Of a stretch of DNA of 56,714 nucleotides, positions 29,501 to 38,644 are shown piece by piece. The translations under genes and the position numbers were made by a program. Every line of letters starts with the position of its first letter. Position 1 is the first letter of the stretch. Under the pieces are notes generated by a model that was not told the DNA's origin, made no database searches, and saw only the letters and a list, made by a program, of their open reading frames with translations. This stretch comes from a virus (lineage: Duplodnaviria > Caudoviricetes): positions 1 to 56,714 of IMG/VR virus record IMGVR_UViG_3300030104_007656. One strand, 5' to 3'.

Positions 29501-29993
29501 CATTGACAGAACCTGGGTCATTAGAATCTCCATCTGTACCTGGGTCCATTATCTCTGCATTATACCATATATCAGCATCCCGACCAAAAGCCTTTATTTT
29601 TTCTTCGGAAGATAGTGCCTCTACAGCTTTTTCAAATGCTGCGAACCCACCTGTGAATGCTTGAGTCAATCCACCTCGTCCAGCAAATTTGGTAGCTAAT
29701 CCTTCAGCATCAAGTCCGCCAGCTTTTAGATTTCCTTTATTTCGGGCTCCGCGGGCTCTACCTTTTGTGGATTGGGGTGTTCTTCGGGACACCTTATTTT
29801 CCATCTCATCTTCAGGAACATATATAAAATCATCGTCCTCTAAAGAATAAGAGAGAAACAGGTTCTGTCCATCTACTTTCTCTTCAAATTCTAATTCTGC
29901 ATTTGCAGCTAATTTTAGAATCTCTTTCATCTTGCCAAAAGATAAAGTAGGATTATCGTAGAGATGGTCCATGTGACCTGCAACACCACCCAT
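26580..29993 (-). CDS. Multidomain protein: KxDG ligase/nucleotidyltransferase-like, PD-(D/E)XK-like, and HxGH cytidylyltransferase-like domains
   Basis: MGGVAGHMDHLYD...EEKVDGQN; central AGFVFEGFMAGL..IQDL..VSLKLL; C-terminal LFPGKFKPPHKGH...YSAEHMR. Confidence 0.7.
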   Translation of the reverse strand: MGGVAGHMDHLYDNPTLSFGKMKEILKLAANAELEFEEKVDGQNLFLSYSLEDDDFIYVPEDEMENKVSRRTPQSTKGRARGARNKGNLKAGGLDAEGLATKFAGRGGLTQAFTGGFAAFEKAVEALSSEEKIKAFGRDADIWYNAEIMDPGTDGDSNDPGSVNVIKYDHKTLKIHGVGHFLWDSEKAEKRPIPEGSLEIIDNNLEKMQQQLSDSPFNLARKAIIQLQKLEDEEIIKSSINKINREMSQNGLSDDSTMTDYLYSRLYHGLDTELPDNMKDEIVKYLLKLPGNIGLRALKKGLVPQDLQDLNQVINSRKSLLQQAIEPLEIIIHDFAVELLKGLDSVFIADTDKEVIRLRDELGTAVRELTAMGSENPAAMEVMQRHLNKIKDFSQITTPVEAVVFDYDGHTYKFSGNFAPLNQILGMFKFGGRTSPVVAKESVSRSKNILTEDEKNIKREKAKQFVLSLPKFVPTEAWGDPKSMERQQIQKIFDTVGGGATIQEKLKFLNDSINNPKGGIRSPRRIISTLILLESVKAVIESFGEAPAGFVFEGFMAGLLRGEQVAGRTEKGNLPIQDLIAFSELKGGKAVPVSLKLLKGLAPGKKGKITDIEGSYTNLIDSLEEFGLMVYIVGRKDGEQIVLEKFTFTRDNFIDALITGGKGGLVKEADLFLLPGMDRKQSLNKIRSAKNWDVQYELLQLTAGYDPKERARKLSNKEEEEKITITDEVPDGEDIQPDAEPANRKEYQYSVSECRKMWDDLQLLNESLLVESSQRQWSISPSQLKAIAPMVDYEALGSLPYSSDRIISVAEQYMEYLSDNLQKVFDATARLAENVNNYFTYRKRSDAIGAGQQAIDQSKVIADEMSQQISDSEAPGQRNESVQSLTEEKGKRIALFPGKFKPPHKGHYEFVNQVAKRSDVDNVMVLISPVDKPEVSAEQSLEIWSKLLSSSDASPNISVEIADYRSPVTTVYEFLADPVKSRPQDTILLIKSSKDEGDTRFQNAKSYAERHNPGVSVEEIEEDPITSSEGITYSAEHMRDFITDNKKEEFLSYMPDVVDGEEVWRIFKPTDQIDSEINAAIEEMSAQAGGAVQGGGNGFATGAPLGSPGYAPASFPQKRRKKSNKPKVNRPKRQRRR

Positions 29994-29994
29994 G

Positions 29995-30234
29995 TTACTT
30001 CTCCTCGTTCAGAAGCTTTAGTTGTTCTTCTAAAGAATTTACACGTTCATTTAGAGTTCTTACATGGCGTTTAATAGAACGAAGGTGTTCTTTGGCTACC
30101 GAGAGACGATTCGTGTCTCTTTTGTTTGTAACTCTCACGCTTGTAATAATATCATATAACGCCTGTACAGACGCAGCGGGATCTATTCTTAAGTCTTCTT
30201 TTAATAGAAGAGCTTTAGTCAGCTTTTTTAGCAC
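29995..30234 (-). CDS. Hypothetical coiled-coil protein
   Basis: Probable GTG start at 30234 (MLKKLTKALLLKE...), which avoids a long overlap with the upstream Lys-rich ORF. Confidence 0.6.
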   Translation of the reverse strand: MLKKLTKALLLKEDLRIDPAASVQALYDIITSVRVTNKRDTNRLSVAKEHLRSIKRHVRTLNERVNSLEEQLKLLNEEK

Positions 30235-30409
30235 TTGATTTCTTCTTAGCTTCTTTTTTAACAGGAGCCTTTTTAGCTTTAGGTTCTTCTTTTGCAGGAG
30301 CTTCTTCAGCTTCAGCTTCAACAACAGGCTCTACTACTGGAGCAGGTGCTTTACCTTCAGCAGCTAGGGCTGCTGCACGACGACGTTTTCTTAATCCTGG
30401 GCTTGCCAT
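30215..30409 (-). CDS. Small basic Lys/Ala/Pro-rich protein (histone H1-like tail)
   Basis: 64 aa with a strong AGGAGG RBS and a KAKKAPVKKEAKKKSSAKKA tail. Confidence 0.75.
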   Translation of the reverse strand: MASPGLRKRRRAAALAAEGKAPAPVVEPVVEAEAEEAPAKEEPKAKKAPVKKEAKKKSSAKKAD

Positions 30410-30450
30410 TTTAATATCCTCCTTGGGGAAAGTGAAACGAATATGTAATA

Positions 30451-30457
30451 TAAATAG
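30451..30457 (-). promoter_or_regulatory. Putative phage late promoter motif (CTATTTA)
   Basis: In the intergenic gap upstream of the 30409 start. Confidence 0.5.
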
Positions 30458-30478
30458 TTACTAAATTCTCTCTATGTC

Positions 30479-30934
30479 CTATGCGGAACCTGATTCTTCA
30501 ATGATAACACCCCCATCAACCACTTTGAATACATATTTAGCATACGATCCGCTGGGGTTTGTGCCATTAATATACAGGTAATTTGAAGAACCTGAAACAT
30601 ATAGATTTTTCTTTGCTGTCAGTAAATCACCATCAAGTGTAAACCATGAAGTGTTTGTATCAATTGAGGCAACACTGTTTGTTACAGAAGTTGTAAGATT
30701 ACTGACTTTTAGAATATTATCTGTCAAAGATGCATCAAGGGCTGTTATGGTTGAATTTATAGTAACAACATCAGCATTTAAAGTAGATAATTCAGCAGAA
30801 TGAAGTGTGTCTAAGGACAGGTTTTTTTGGAACTCTAGTGCATTTTCTAAATCGTGCGCCGCCAAAAGCTTTTCAAGCGCAGTATTAGTGGCGATGACTG
30901 GATCAATAATTCCTAAATTTCTTTTCTTGCCCAT
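30479..30934 (-). CDS. Hypothetical protein (short coiled coil plus beta-rich C-terminus; possible fibre/appendage)
   Basis: 151-aa ORF with heptad pattern and SGS motifs. Confidence 0.7.
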   Translation of the reverse strand: MGKKRNLGIIDPVIATNTALEKLLAAHDLENALEFQKNLSLDTLHSAELSTLNADVVTINSTITALDASLTDNILKVSNLTTSVTNSVASIDTNTSWFTLDGDLLTAKKNLYVSGSSNYLYINGTNPSGSYAKYVFKVVDGGVIIEESGSA

Positions 30935-30939
30935 TTTAT

Positions 30940-31395
30940 CTATTCAGAACCAGCATAGTAGCCAAGGTCTGCATCCTTGAGGTCTAATCTGTAATGTCTG
31001 TCCACATATCCAAAAATATTAATTTTGCTAGCTTGGGCTGCCTTTGCATATATTGCAACACCTTGATGAGGGATTCCTGGGTATATTTGAATAAGTCCTG
31101 TTCTTTTTGGTATTTCTATGGCAAAAGTTTTTGTAGGATCTGCAAAGGTTCCTGTGCCACCAATCTCTATTTCTACCTCTATATTGCTTACGGTGTCATG
31201 ATTACCAGCCCATAAGAATATTTCATCAAAAGCATAATCAGTAGTTGTATGAATTAGAGTACCTGTGGTTAATACAGAGATTCCATTAGTTGAAGTTGCA
31301 GCAGACAATGCAAGTCTGGCGTTCTTGCTGGGTTTCCATTTATAGGCTGTACCTGTTACAAGCGGTTTGGCGGATTGATTTCCTAAATTAGCCAT
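30940..31395 (-). CDS. Hypothetical, probably structural beta-rich protein
   Basis: 151 aa, LSAATSTNGISV..TGTLIHT...DEIFLWA; GAGG RBS. Confidence 0.7.
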   Translation of the reverse strand: MANLGNQSAKPLVTGTAYKWKPSKNARLALSAATSTNGISVLTTGTLIHTTTDYAFDEIFLWAGNHDTVSNIEVEIEIGGTGTFADPTKTFAIEIPKRTGLIQIYPGIPHQGVAIYAKAAQASKINIFGYVDRHYRLDLKDADLGYYAGSE

Positions 31396-31440
31396 TTTTA
31401 AAAATACCCTCCACAGAAAGGATCATTATACATATTATGT

Positions 31441-32331
31441 CTAACGAAAAACCTTTTCAAGTTTTAGGTTCATTTCCTCAATCCAGACTCTATCAATTTG
31501 AGTATTGATTGCCGGCTTTTTATTAGTTTTCTCCCAGAGCCACATCTCACCCTTTGCTACAGCCTTCCTTAAGAATACTTTAATAGCAACCAAAGGAGAA
31601 GATAAACCAACATTTTCAATTACGGGATATCCTGCAAAAATAACACCTACAAGTTCATTATCTTTATTTATAATTGGCGACCCGCTTGATCCAGGTTTGG
31701 TTGGTATTGTATAAATGGAGTACCCACGATTATGAAATCCTGAAAACACTCCCTTGAAGATAAGAACAGATCCTGGCCAAAACAACCCGTGTGGTGCTGC
31801 CATATTTGTGACGGTTTCACCTTTTGCTGGCTCTTCGTTAGCAACTTTGAGAACAGGGTGACTGGTATAAACATCTGAAACCTGCAATAAACATAAGTCA
31901 AAACGACGGTTTATATCAACGACACGAGCCCTATATTCAGAACCCTCTAAATCCACAACAGTAAAAATAGATCCCTTATTTATTACTTTGTAACCGTCAA
32001 TATTTTGAACTTTAGGAATTTTGTTTTCACAAGAATGACCAGCAGTCATAACATATGATACGCTTTGAGATACTTCGCTTCTGAAAACATATGATCCAGA
32101 GGAAACATATCTCATCATTGCTTTTTGGCAAGCGACTTTATCTGTTTTAGGATCTTTACCACAACCTTCAAGTTCAATTGAATGACGAATTTGCACGAAT
32201 GCATGTCTTGGTAAAATTTCTTTTTCTGATGCTTGGTTGACGTTAACCGTAGCACATCCACTGACGCAACTAGACAAACTAAATAACGAAATTATAAGAA
32301 ACTTGACGTAAATTGGTGTTTTTTTCTTCAT
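31441..32331 (-). CDS. Trypsin-like (S1) serine protease, probable lipoprotein
   Basis: Catalytic triad motifs TAGHSC, DLCLL and PGSSGSP; signal peptide with lipobox (LSSC/VSGC). Confidence 0.9.
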   Translation of the reverse strand: MKKKTPIYVKFLIISLFSLSSCVSGCATVNVNQASEKEILPRHAFVQIRHSIELEGCGKDPKTDKVACQKAMMRYVSSGSYVFRSEVSQSVSYVMTAGHSCENKIPKVQNIDGYKVINKGSIFTVVDLEGSEYRARVVDINRRFDLCLLQVSDVYTSHPVLKVANEEPAKGETVTNMAAPHGLFWPGSVLIFKGVFSGFHNRGYSIYTIPTKPGSSGSPIINKDNELVGVIFAGYPVIENVGLSSPLVAIKVFLRKAVAKGEMWLWEKTNKKPAINTQIDRVWIEEMNLKLEKVFR

Positions 32332-32338
32332 AGCTTAG

Positions 32339-32364
32339 TAACTAGATTGAAAGGATACTATTTA
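32339..32364. promoter_or_regulatory. Back-to-back putative phage promoters
   Basis: CTAGTTA on the minus strand (32339-32345) and CTATTTA on the plus strand (32358-32364), exactly at the divergence point. Confidence 0.55.
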
Positions 32365-32400
32365 TCCACAGTAAATCAATACAAATCATTTACTAAAGGA

Positions 32401-32667
32401 ATGGAATTTCAAATGATGAGCACCATTATGTTATCTGGTCTTTTGCTTTTTTCGGGTCAAAGCCTTGATTTTCCTAAAGTTTGGCAGAAGATAGAAGGCA
32501 AATGGTCTTATGTCGGTCAAATTAAGGAAAAAACACAAATTTTGATTTGGATAGAAAAGAAAACAAAAACTCCAAATAATAAGATACTTAATAAAGAGAT
32601 AAAGAAGATGCCATTTATCACTTTATCCCCATCGGGAGAGGTACTGAACCTAAATCCACTCCCATAA
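32401..32667 (+). CDS. Small exported hypothetical protein
   Basis: Start likely ATG 32401 or 32413, downstream of the promoter motif and AAGGA. Hydrophobic N-terminus. Confidence 0.65.
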   Translation: MEFQMMSTIMLSGLLLFSGQSLDFPKVWQKIEGKWSYVGQIKEKTQILIWIEKKTKTPNNKILNKEIKKMPFITLSPSGEVLNLNPLP

Positions 32668-32680
32668 GGAGCGGTTTTGT

Positions 32681-33151
32681 ATGTTCAAACTCCTAACAAG
32701 AAGAATTACCCTCTTGGGCATTTTGGCCCTTGTTGCGGCTACTGCGTTACATTATCAAATAAAGGCTAACAGCCTATATAAGACTGTTTTTCCGAAAGAG
32801 TCTACATTTTATACCCCTGGACAACATAACAATTGTAAGTGGGTAGTACACATCAGCAGCGAAATAACAACAGAACCTGGGGATAACTCAGCCGCGCAAA
32901 TAGGAATACCAGAAGTAAGCAAAGATGGGTATATTGCCGGTATTTTGCAAAATGGTCCTGGTAACTCTCTCTTATTCGCTTTTAAATTACCAACCCAGTC
33001 TGATGAATCTCCTCCTATTATAATGACTTCTGTTTATAAACCACAGGATTTACCATTACAGCAGGTGAGATTCCGAGTATTCAATAGTACTGCGATGACA
33101 ATGATACTGTACTCAACATATGAAAAATGTATTGAGGCTACAATGAAATGA
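32681..33151 (+). CDS. Exported/membrane-anchored hypothetical protein
   Basis: AGGAG RBS, N-terminal signal/TM helix, ATGA coupling to the next gene. Confidence 0.75.
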   Translation: MFKLLTRRITLLGILALVAATALHYQIKANSLYKTVFPKESTFYTPGQHNNCKWVVHISSEITTEPGDNSAAQIGIPEVSKDGYIAGILQNGPGNSLLFAFKLPTQSDESPPIIMTSVYKPQDLPLQQVRFRVFNSTAMTMILYSTYEKCIEATMK

Positions 33152-34407
33152 GACGGTTAGTTTTCTTTCTGGTTCCCTTGGTTTTATCTGCCTGCCAAGC
33201 TTGTCTTGAAGACGACCAGTTAGTGCCGCTTGAGTGCCGCCCAGGAGAACAACAACTGTGTGATCACACAGGAGCTATATTATCATCTCTTAATCCAGAT
33301 GACCCACCGAAAAAAGCCGGACAATGTAGCTATGGAGTAATGACATGCAGTTTTGATGGCTGGTCAGAATGCATAGGGGCAATAGGACCAGAGCCAGAAG
33401 TTTGCGATGGATTAGATAATAATTGCGATGCACTTGTTGATAACAATTTCCCAGAAGAACATCAATTGTGCGGGTTTGTTGAGGGTGCTGATTACGGTGT
33501 CGGTATTTGTGCGCCAGGTGTTATGAAGTGTGATAATGGAAATCTTTATTGTGACGGACATGTCGGACCTGAAGAAGAAATATGCGACGGGCTTGATAAT
33601 AATTGTGACGGATCTGTAGATGAAGGTGTTGCTAATACTACAGCCATTGTTTGTTATGAGGGTCCTGATGGTACAATGGCTATCGGTGAATGCCGGGCAG
33701 GAGTTAGGTACTGTCAGGATGGTGGTTTTGATGGACCATGCGACGGACAAGTTTTACCGATAGAGGAAATCTGTGATAATCTTGATAACGATTGTGATGG
33801 TGAAGTTGACGAAGGTTTTGATACTCGTGGCGTAGATTTGGTTTTTGTTTTAGATATATCTGGTTCGTTTGAAGACGAGATAGACTCTATGATAGAAGGG
33901 ATCACGCCGCTTTTAGACGACCCGATAACGAGCAATTTTCGCTTTGGGCTTGCTGTCATAGGTAGACAGAGCAGTGGACAATTTGAACCACCAATTCATC
34001 GCCACTCTGAGATGGTAACTAACTTCGTTCCTGCTGATGAATTTTTAGAATATCTTGAAGCTGCTAAGCTTTTAGAGGATGGAGGAATTGAGCCCTCTAT
34101 TGATGCAGTATTATGGTCAATGAATGGTATGTATCCTTTTGGCTGGACCCCAGGGAGTCAAAAAGTCATAATATTAATGACAGATGAAATAGCTCAAACT
34201 ATTGTTAGTAATAATGTAGCACAAGTCAATGCTCATGCTGTTGATCACGGTTTTGAGATATTTGTTTTTGCTCTCCCTGAACATCATACATCATTCTTAC
34301 AGATGGTGAGAGGCGAGGGCGATAGGCTGTTTACACCGGCAGTAAATGCCGAAACTGTCTTTCAGCAAATTAGACAAATATTTGAGGACCTATGTATCGG
34401 TCGTTAG
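33148..34407 (+). CDS. Lipoprotein with Cys-rich MopE-type repeats and C-terminal vWA domain
   Basis: Lipobox LSAC; three P.EE.CD.LDN.CD..VD repeats; vWA MIDAS DLVFVLDISGS and ILMTDE. Confidence 0.85.
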   Translation: MRRLVFFLVPLVLSACQACLEDDQLVPLECRPGEQQLCDHTGAILSSLNPDDPPKKAGQCSYGVMTCSFDGWSECIGAIGPEPEVCDGLDNNCDALVDNNFPEEHQLCGFVEGADYGVGICAPGVMKCDNGNLYCDGHVGPEEEICDGLDNNCDGSVDEGVANTTAIVCYEGPDGTMAIGECRAGVRYCQDGGFDGPCDGQVLPIEEICDNLDNDCDGEVDEGFDTRGVDLVFVLDISGSFEDEIDSMIEGITPLLDDPITSNFRFGLAVIGRQSSGQFEPPIHRHSEMVTNFVPADEFLEYLEAAKLLEDGGIEPSIDAVLWSMNGMYPFGWTPGSQKVIILMTDEIAQTIVSNNVAQVNAHAVDHGFEIFVFALPEHHTSFLQMVRGEGDRLFTPAVNAETVFQQIRQIFEDLCIGR

Positions 34408-34832
34408 TCCTCTAAGGCTTCCACAATTTCGTCAGATTCTTCTTCATCTTTTTTGCTAGAGTCAAAGTCAACCTCAACGGTTTCTTTTCCTTTCTCAAAA
34501 GCAAATCCAACATTTCCACTAGTGGTTATATATTTGCTACCACTACCTTCCTTCTTGAATTCTTCCTCTAATTGACTATACATATATTTTTCAATATTTT
34601 CTTTGAGAGACTTGGTATTATTCAAGAGATGTTCAACAATAATCTCTAATCTTTCAGCCATTTCAAGAGACTTTTTAGGGTCTCCGTGCTTAAGACTTGT
34701 GAGTAAAAGTGGAATAACATTGGGATGACTCTTTTCAAAAGCCTCTATAGAATCTAGAGCCAATAAATGAAGAAACTTCCCAGCTTTATAATTTTTGATA
34801 TTTAACTTTAGTTCTATATCTTTAGGTTCCAT
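34404..34832 (-). CDS. Hypothetical protein
   Basis: 142 aa, GGGGAG RBS, CTAGTTA motif at 34860-34866 upstream. Confidence 0.7.
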   Translation of the reverse strand: MEPKDIELKLNIKNYKAGKFLHLLALDSIEAFEKSHPNVIPLLLTSLKHGDPKKSLEMAERLEIIVEHLLNNTKSLKENIEKYMYSQLEEEFKKEGSGSKYITTSGNVGFAFEKGKETVEVDFDSSKKDEEESDEIVEALED

Positions 34833-34862
34833 TTTATCTCCCCCTTGGTATAGTATGTATAA

Positions 34863-35417
34863 CTAGTAATTATCTTCTACATGTTTCCGGATAATTTCTT
34901 TAATTTTTTCCTTTTCTTCGTCTGTTTTGGCATGAGCCCATGACCAGGCAAGAGTCAATTTTATGTCTCTAGTTTCTGCCTCACCTTTCTGAATATATTT
35001 CTCCAATTCGTCTGAGACTTCCGTAGAATCAATATCGCTTGTTTTGATATTCAAAGTTGAAGCAATCACAAATAAAGTGGCTAAATCTCCATCGTTGTAT
35101 GCTTCTGAGGCTTCCGAAAAATACCCGGTCAAAACTTCAGAGTCCACCTTATCGGGATGTGTTGCTTTTGAAATCCTTCTATAAAGTTTTTTCATATCTT
35201 TAGATTTTTGTTTTTTCTCTTTTTCTAATTCTTCGTCTTTTTTATCCTTGGAGAGTTCTTTTGCTCTTTTCATCATTTTTTCATATTCGTCTGGGAAATC
35301 TTTATAAAATTGTTCCTTGAATTTCATAAACTTTTCTTGAGTTTCCTCAAGATCCTCTGACACATACTGTGCATGAAATACTAGTTTTTTTATATTTTTA
35401 GGACTTTCATCGGACAT
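34863..35417 (-). CDS. J-domain (DnaJ-like) co-chaperone
   Basis: MKKLYRRISKATHPDK...FSEASEAY, containing the HPD motif. Confidence 0.8.
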   Translation of the reverse strand: MSDESPKNIKKLVFHAQYVSEDLEETQEKFMKFKEQFYKDFPDEYEKMMKRAKELSKDKKDEELEKEKKQKSKDMKKLYRRISKATHPDKVDSEVLTGYFSEASEAYNDGDLATLFVIASTLNIKTSDIDSTEVSDELEKYIQKGEAETRDIKLTLAWSWAHAKTDEEKEKIKEIIRKHVEDNY

Positions 35418-35434
35418 ATTATAAGTATCCCCTT

Positions 35435-35468
35435 AAAGAAAGAAGGGGCGGCATAAAGCCACCCCTTC
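35435..35468 (-). terminator. Rho-independent terminator after the fibre genes
   Basis: Minus strand GAAGGGGTGGC-TTTAT-GCCGCCCCTTC-TTTCTTT. Confidence 0.85.
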
Positions 35469-35501
35469 CAAAAAACCTTTACTGATATTTAGTACTATTG
35501 T

Positions 35502-37016
35502 TTATGCACCTGCTTTGACTTGGAGCGTTAGAAGCTCTTCAGCGTTAGAGGAATCATAAACGAAGAGAAGGTCAACCTTATCTGTACCGTCTACCAACTT
35601 GAGCAGACCACCATTAGATGCATCACCCGCGAAAGCAAACTTAGCTTTGAAAGCATCAACGTTTGCTTGAACAGCAGCATCACCACCAGAGCGATCAACA
35701 GCTTCAGCAGCAATAAGTACACCCAAAGCATTATCAGCAGCCGTGCGAGTAGCACTGGCAACATTGATATCAGCAGCGCGAGCAGCAATCTCGGCATCAA
35801 CATTTGCGTCAATACTAGTATCAGCAGACAAACGTGATGATGCTTCAGCAGAAATTGCAGCACTACGTGCAGCAGATTCAGCAGCAAGATTGACACTAAT
35901 ACTAGCATCAGCAGATGCAGCTACTGATTTCTCAGAAGATACAACGCCTACACGATTAGAAATCTCGTTAGCAACTTGATTTATTAGTGCAACATCAGCA
36001 GCTTCACGAGCCGCAACTTCTGTAGACAATGCCGCATCCTCGGAAGAAATCTCGCTAGAGAGATTTGCACTGAGAAGAGTATCGCCTGAAGCCATGCTGG
36101 ATGCTTCTGCCGTTAATGCAGCAGCACGATCGCCAGCTTCGGTAGCAAGATTGTCACTGACAATAGTATCACCAGAAGCGTAAGCAGTTTCTTCGCTGTT
36201 GACAGCAACCTTACGAGAACTGATTTCAGAACCTAACAAGGTATCAATGGAAGTATCAGCAGCTTCGTGAGCAACAACCTCGGAAGAGATGCCACCAGAA
36301 CGAGCAGCGATTTGAATAGTCAAATCACCAGCAATTGCTGTATCCACGGATGCACGTGCAGTAGCTTCGGCAGCAACCAAAGTACCACGAGCGATTACAG
36401 CAGAAGAAATATCTTCAGACTGTGCTACGTCGCCTGACAACTGAGAACTAGTTTCAGAAGAAAGATCTCCGGATCTTGCAGCAACTTGTGCTAAAATCTT
36501 TGTTTCCAAAGATGTGTCAGCATTACCACGGTTTGTTTGCTCACCAGCAATCGCACCATTGCGAGCACCAGTCTCTACAGCAAGACGATTCTGAATGCTA
36601 ACATCAGCAGCACCACGTGATACTTCTTCAGCAGCAATATCAGCAATTCGTTCAGACTTGGCAGAACTCAAAGAGGCTGCCAAAACAACATCACCAGACT
36701 CACGTGAAGAGAGTTCTGAAGATAGAGCACCCGAGCGACTAGCAACTTGGGATGCGATATTCACTGAAATCAGATTATCACCTGCCAAACGCGAGGATGC
36801 TTCTGATGAAATTGCAGCATCTTCTGCTACCAATTCATTAGAAAGGTTTTCGTTAATAACAACGCGATGACTAGCTTCAGCACTAAACTGAGCGTTTAGG
36901 GTTACATCACCACCGCCTTCTGGAATAGCAACTTTTAGAAATTCACCTAGCTCGTCGTGAGCAAGCATGGACTTCTGAAGGACTAAGCCTTTTTTATTAG
37001 AAAGATATGTAGCCAT
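35502..37016 (-). CDS. Ala/Ser-rich coiled-coil fibre protein, paralog 3
   Basis: 504 aa with E..sR...D repeats of about 29-aa period. Shares GLVLQK.ML N-terminus and F.F.GD...G C-terminus with its neighbours. Confidence 0.85.
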   Translation of the reverse strand: MATYLSNKKGLVLQKSMLAHDELGEFLKVAIPEGGGDVTLNAQFSAEASHRVVINENLSNELVAEDAAISSEASSRLAGDNLISVNIASQVASRSGALSSELSSRESGDVVLAASLSSAKSERIADIAAEEVSRGAADVSIQNRLAVETGARNGAIAGEQTNRGNADTSLETKILAQVAARSGDLSSETSSQLSGDVAQSEDISSAVIARGTLVAAEATARASVDTAIAGDLTIQIAARSGGISSEVVAHEAADTSIDTLLGSEISSRKVAVNSEETAYASGDTIVSDNLATEAGDRAAALTAEASSMASGDTLLSANLSSEISSEDAALSTEVAAREAADVALINQVANEISNRVGVVSSEKSVAASADASISVNLAAESAARSAAISAEASSRLSADTSIDANVDAEIAARAADINVASATRTAADNALGVLIAAEAVDRSGGDAAVQANVDAFKAKFAFAGDASNGGLLKLVDGTDKVDLLFVYDSSNAEELLTLQVKAGA

Positions 37017-37060
37017 TTTATTTTTGTCTCCTTATAAAATGATTATTACAAAAGTGCTAA

Positions 37061-38566
37061 TTATGCACCTTTGTGGAGTTCTAGAAGTACAACACCGGAA
37101 ACGGTGGTGAAATTCATGCGGACAACATCGGAACCATCAGTTAGGGTGAGATTTGCACCAGCAGCTTGTGTGACATCGCCACTGAAGCCGAACTTGGAAT
37201 CCAAGCTTGAAATTTCATTCATGATGACTGTATCAGCAGCCAAGCGAGATGAAGACTCAGAAGAGATTTCACCTGCTTTTACTACATCAGCAGATTGACG
37301 AACAGAAACTTCTTCAGACAAGTCTGATGAACGAGCACCAGCAGCGCCGATGATCTTGGCATCAAGACTGTTGTCTTTATTAAGACGTGTAGCTTCTTCG
37401 GCAATAACAAGAGCAACACGCTCTGAAATTTCAGAAGAAATGCTAGAATCAAGAGCACTGTCACCAGCGGCTCTGATTGTTGCAATTGACCCGACAGCAG
37501 TATTACGATCAGATTCTTCACCAGTAATAAGAGTCATGATGCTATTATCGGCAGCAAGACGAGAATTACCTTCAGTAGTAGAATCAGCAGCGCGAGCAGC
37601 TTCTTGAACATCAATAGCATCAGAAACAGCTTGATCAGCTACAACACGAGAAGATGCCTCGGTTGACACAGCTTGACTTCGTGCTGTTGCTTCAGCAGCA
37701 ATATTTACACTAATTGCACTGTCGGCAGCGCCACGTGCTGCTGCCAAAGAAACAAAAGCATCACTAGCAACGGCGAACTCTGTAGAAATTGCTTGAGACA
37801 AGAGAAGATCCTTAGAGGCACGAGCAGCAGCCAAAGATGTCATTTCAGAACCACGTGTACCAGCTTCAGATGCAATATTGGCAGCAATATTGTTATCACC
37901 GAGTAGGCGAGAAGAAGCTTCAGAAGACAAAGCTGCTGAGCGACCAGCAATTTCAGCAACCAACGCTGTAGAAAGCGCCTTGTCGGCAGCAGATCTTGTA
38001 GCATCTTGTGCAGAGTGTGCAGAAGCACGGTTAGTTGCTTCATCACTGATCAAGGTACTCAAAGAATTATCAGCAACCAAACGAACTGACATTTCAGTTG
38101 ATTGATCTTTCTCGGCATTACTAAGTTCAGCAGAGATTAATCCATCAAGTGTACTGTCAGCAGCAACACGAGAACTTACAGCCACAGAGAGATCAGTACT
38201 TCTATCACTTGACTCGGTTCCGAGTAGTGTAGAGATGCTGTTATCACCTGTAAGACGAAGAGCTTCTTCTGCAATGACAAGTGATGTACGTGAATCAACT
38301 TCACTAGAAATAGAACCACTTAGGACCACATCACCTGAAAGGCGTGAGCTACGCTCAGCAGAAGCAGCAATAGAACGAGCACTAGCTTGATTGCTAACTG
38401 CTGTTGCAATGCTATCACGTTCTGTTTTTTCTAGAGCCAATTTCTCATTGACGTTTTTAGATCCGTCTGAAACCAATAGGAGTGCAGCTAGTTCAGAGGA
38501 CGCATCAAGCATCTCCTTCTGTAGGACTAAACCATCTGCATCACCGGCATTAATATATGTAGCCAT
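37061..38566 (-). CDS. Ala/Ser-rich coiled-coil fibre protein, paralog 2
   Basis: 501 aa, same architecture, AGGAGG RBS. Confidence 0.85.
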   Translation of the reverse strand: MATYINAGDADGLVLQKEMLDASSELAALLLVSDGSKNVNEKLALEKTERDSIATAVSNQASARSIAASAERSSRLSGDVVLSGSISSEVDSRTSLVIAEEALRLTGDNSISTLLGTESSDRSTDLSVAVSSRVAADSTLDGLISAELSNAEKDQSTEMSVRLVADNSLSTLISDEATNRASAHSAQDATRSAADKALSTALVAEIAGRSAALSSEASSRLLGDNNIAANIASEAGTRGSEMTSLAAARASKDLLLSQAISTEFAVASDAFVSLAAARGAADSAISVNIAAEATARSQAVSTEASSRVVADQAVSDAIDVQEAARAADSTTEGNSRLAADNSIMTLITGEESDRNTAVGSIATIRAAGDSALDSSISSEISERVALVIAEEATRLNKDNSLDAKIIGAAGARSSDLSEEVSVRQSADVVKAGEISSESSSRLAADTVIMNEISSLDSKFGFSGDVTQAAGANLTLTDGSDVVRMNFTTVSGVVLLELHKGA

Positions 38567-38644
38567 TTTTTATTTCCTCCTTAGAAAATAAATCTGTAAT
38601 CTAAACAACCAAATAATACAAAACCAACAAAGAGTTCTTGAATC

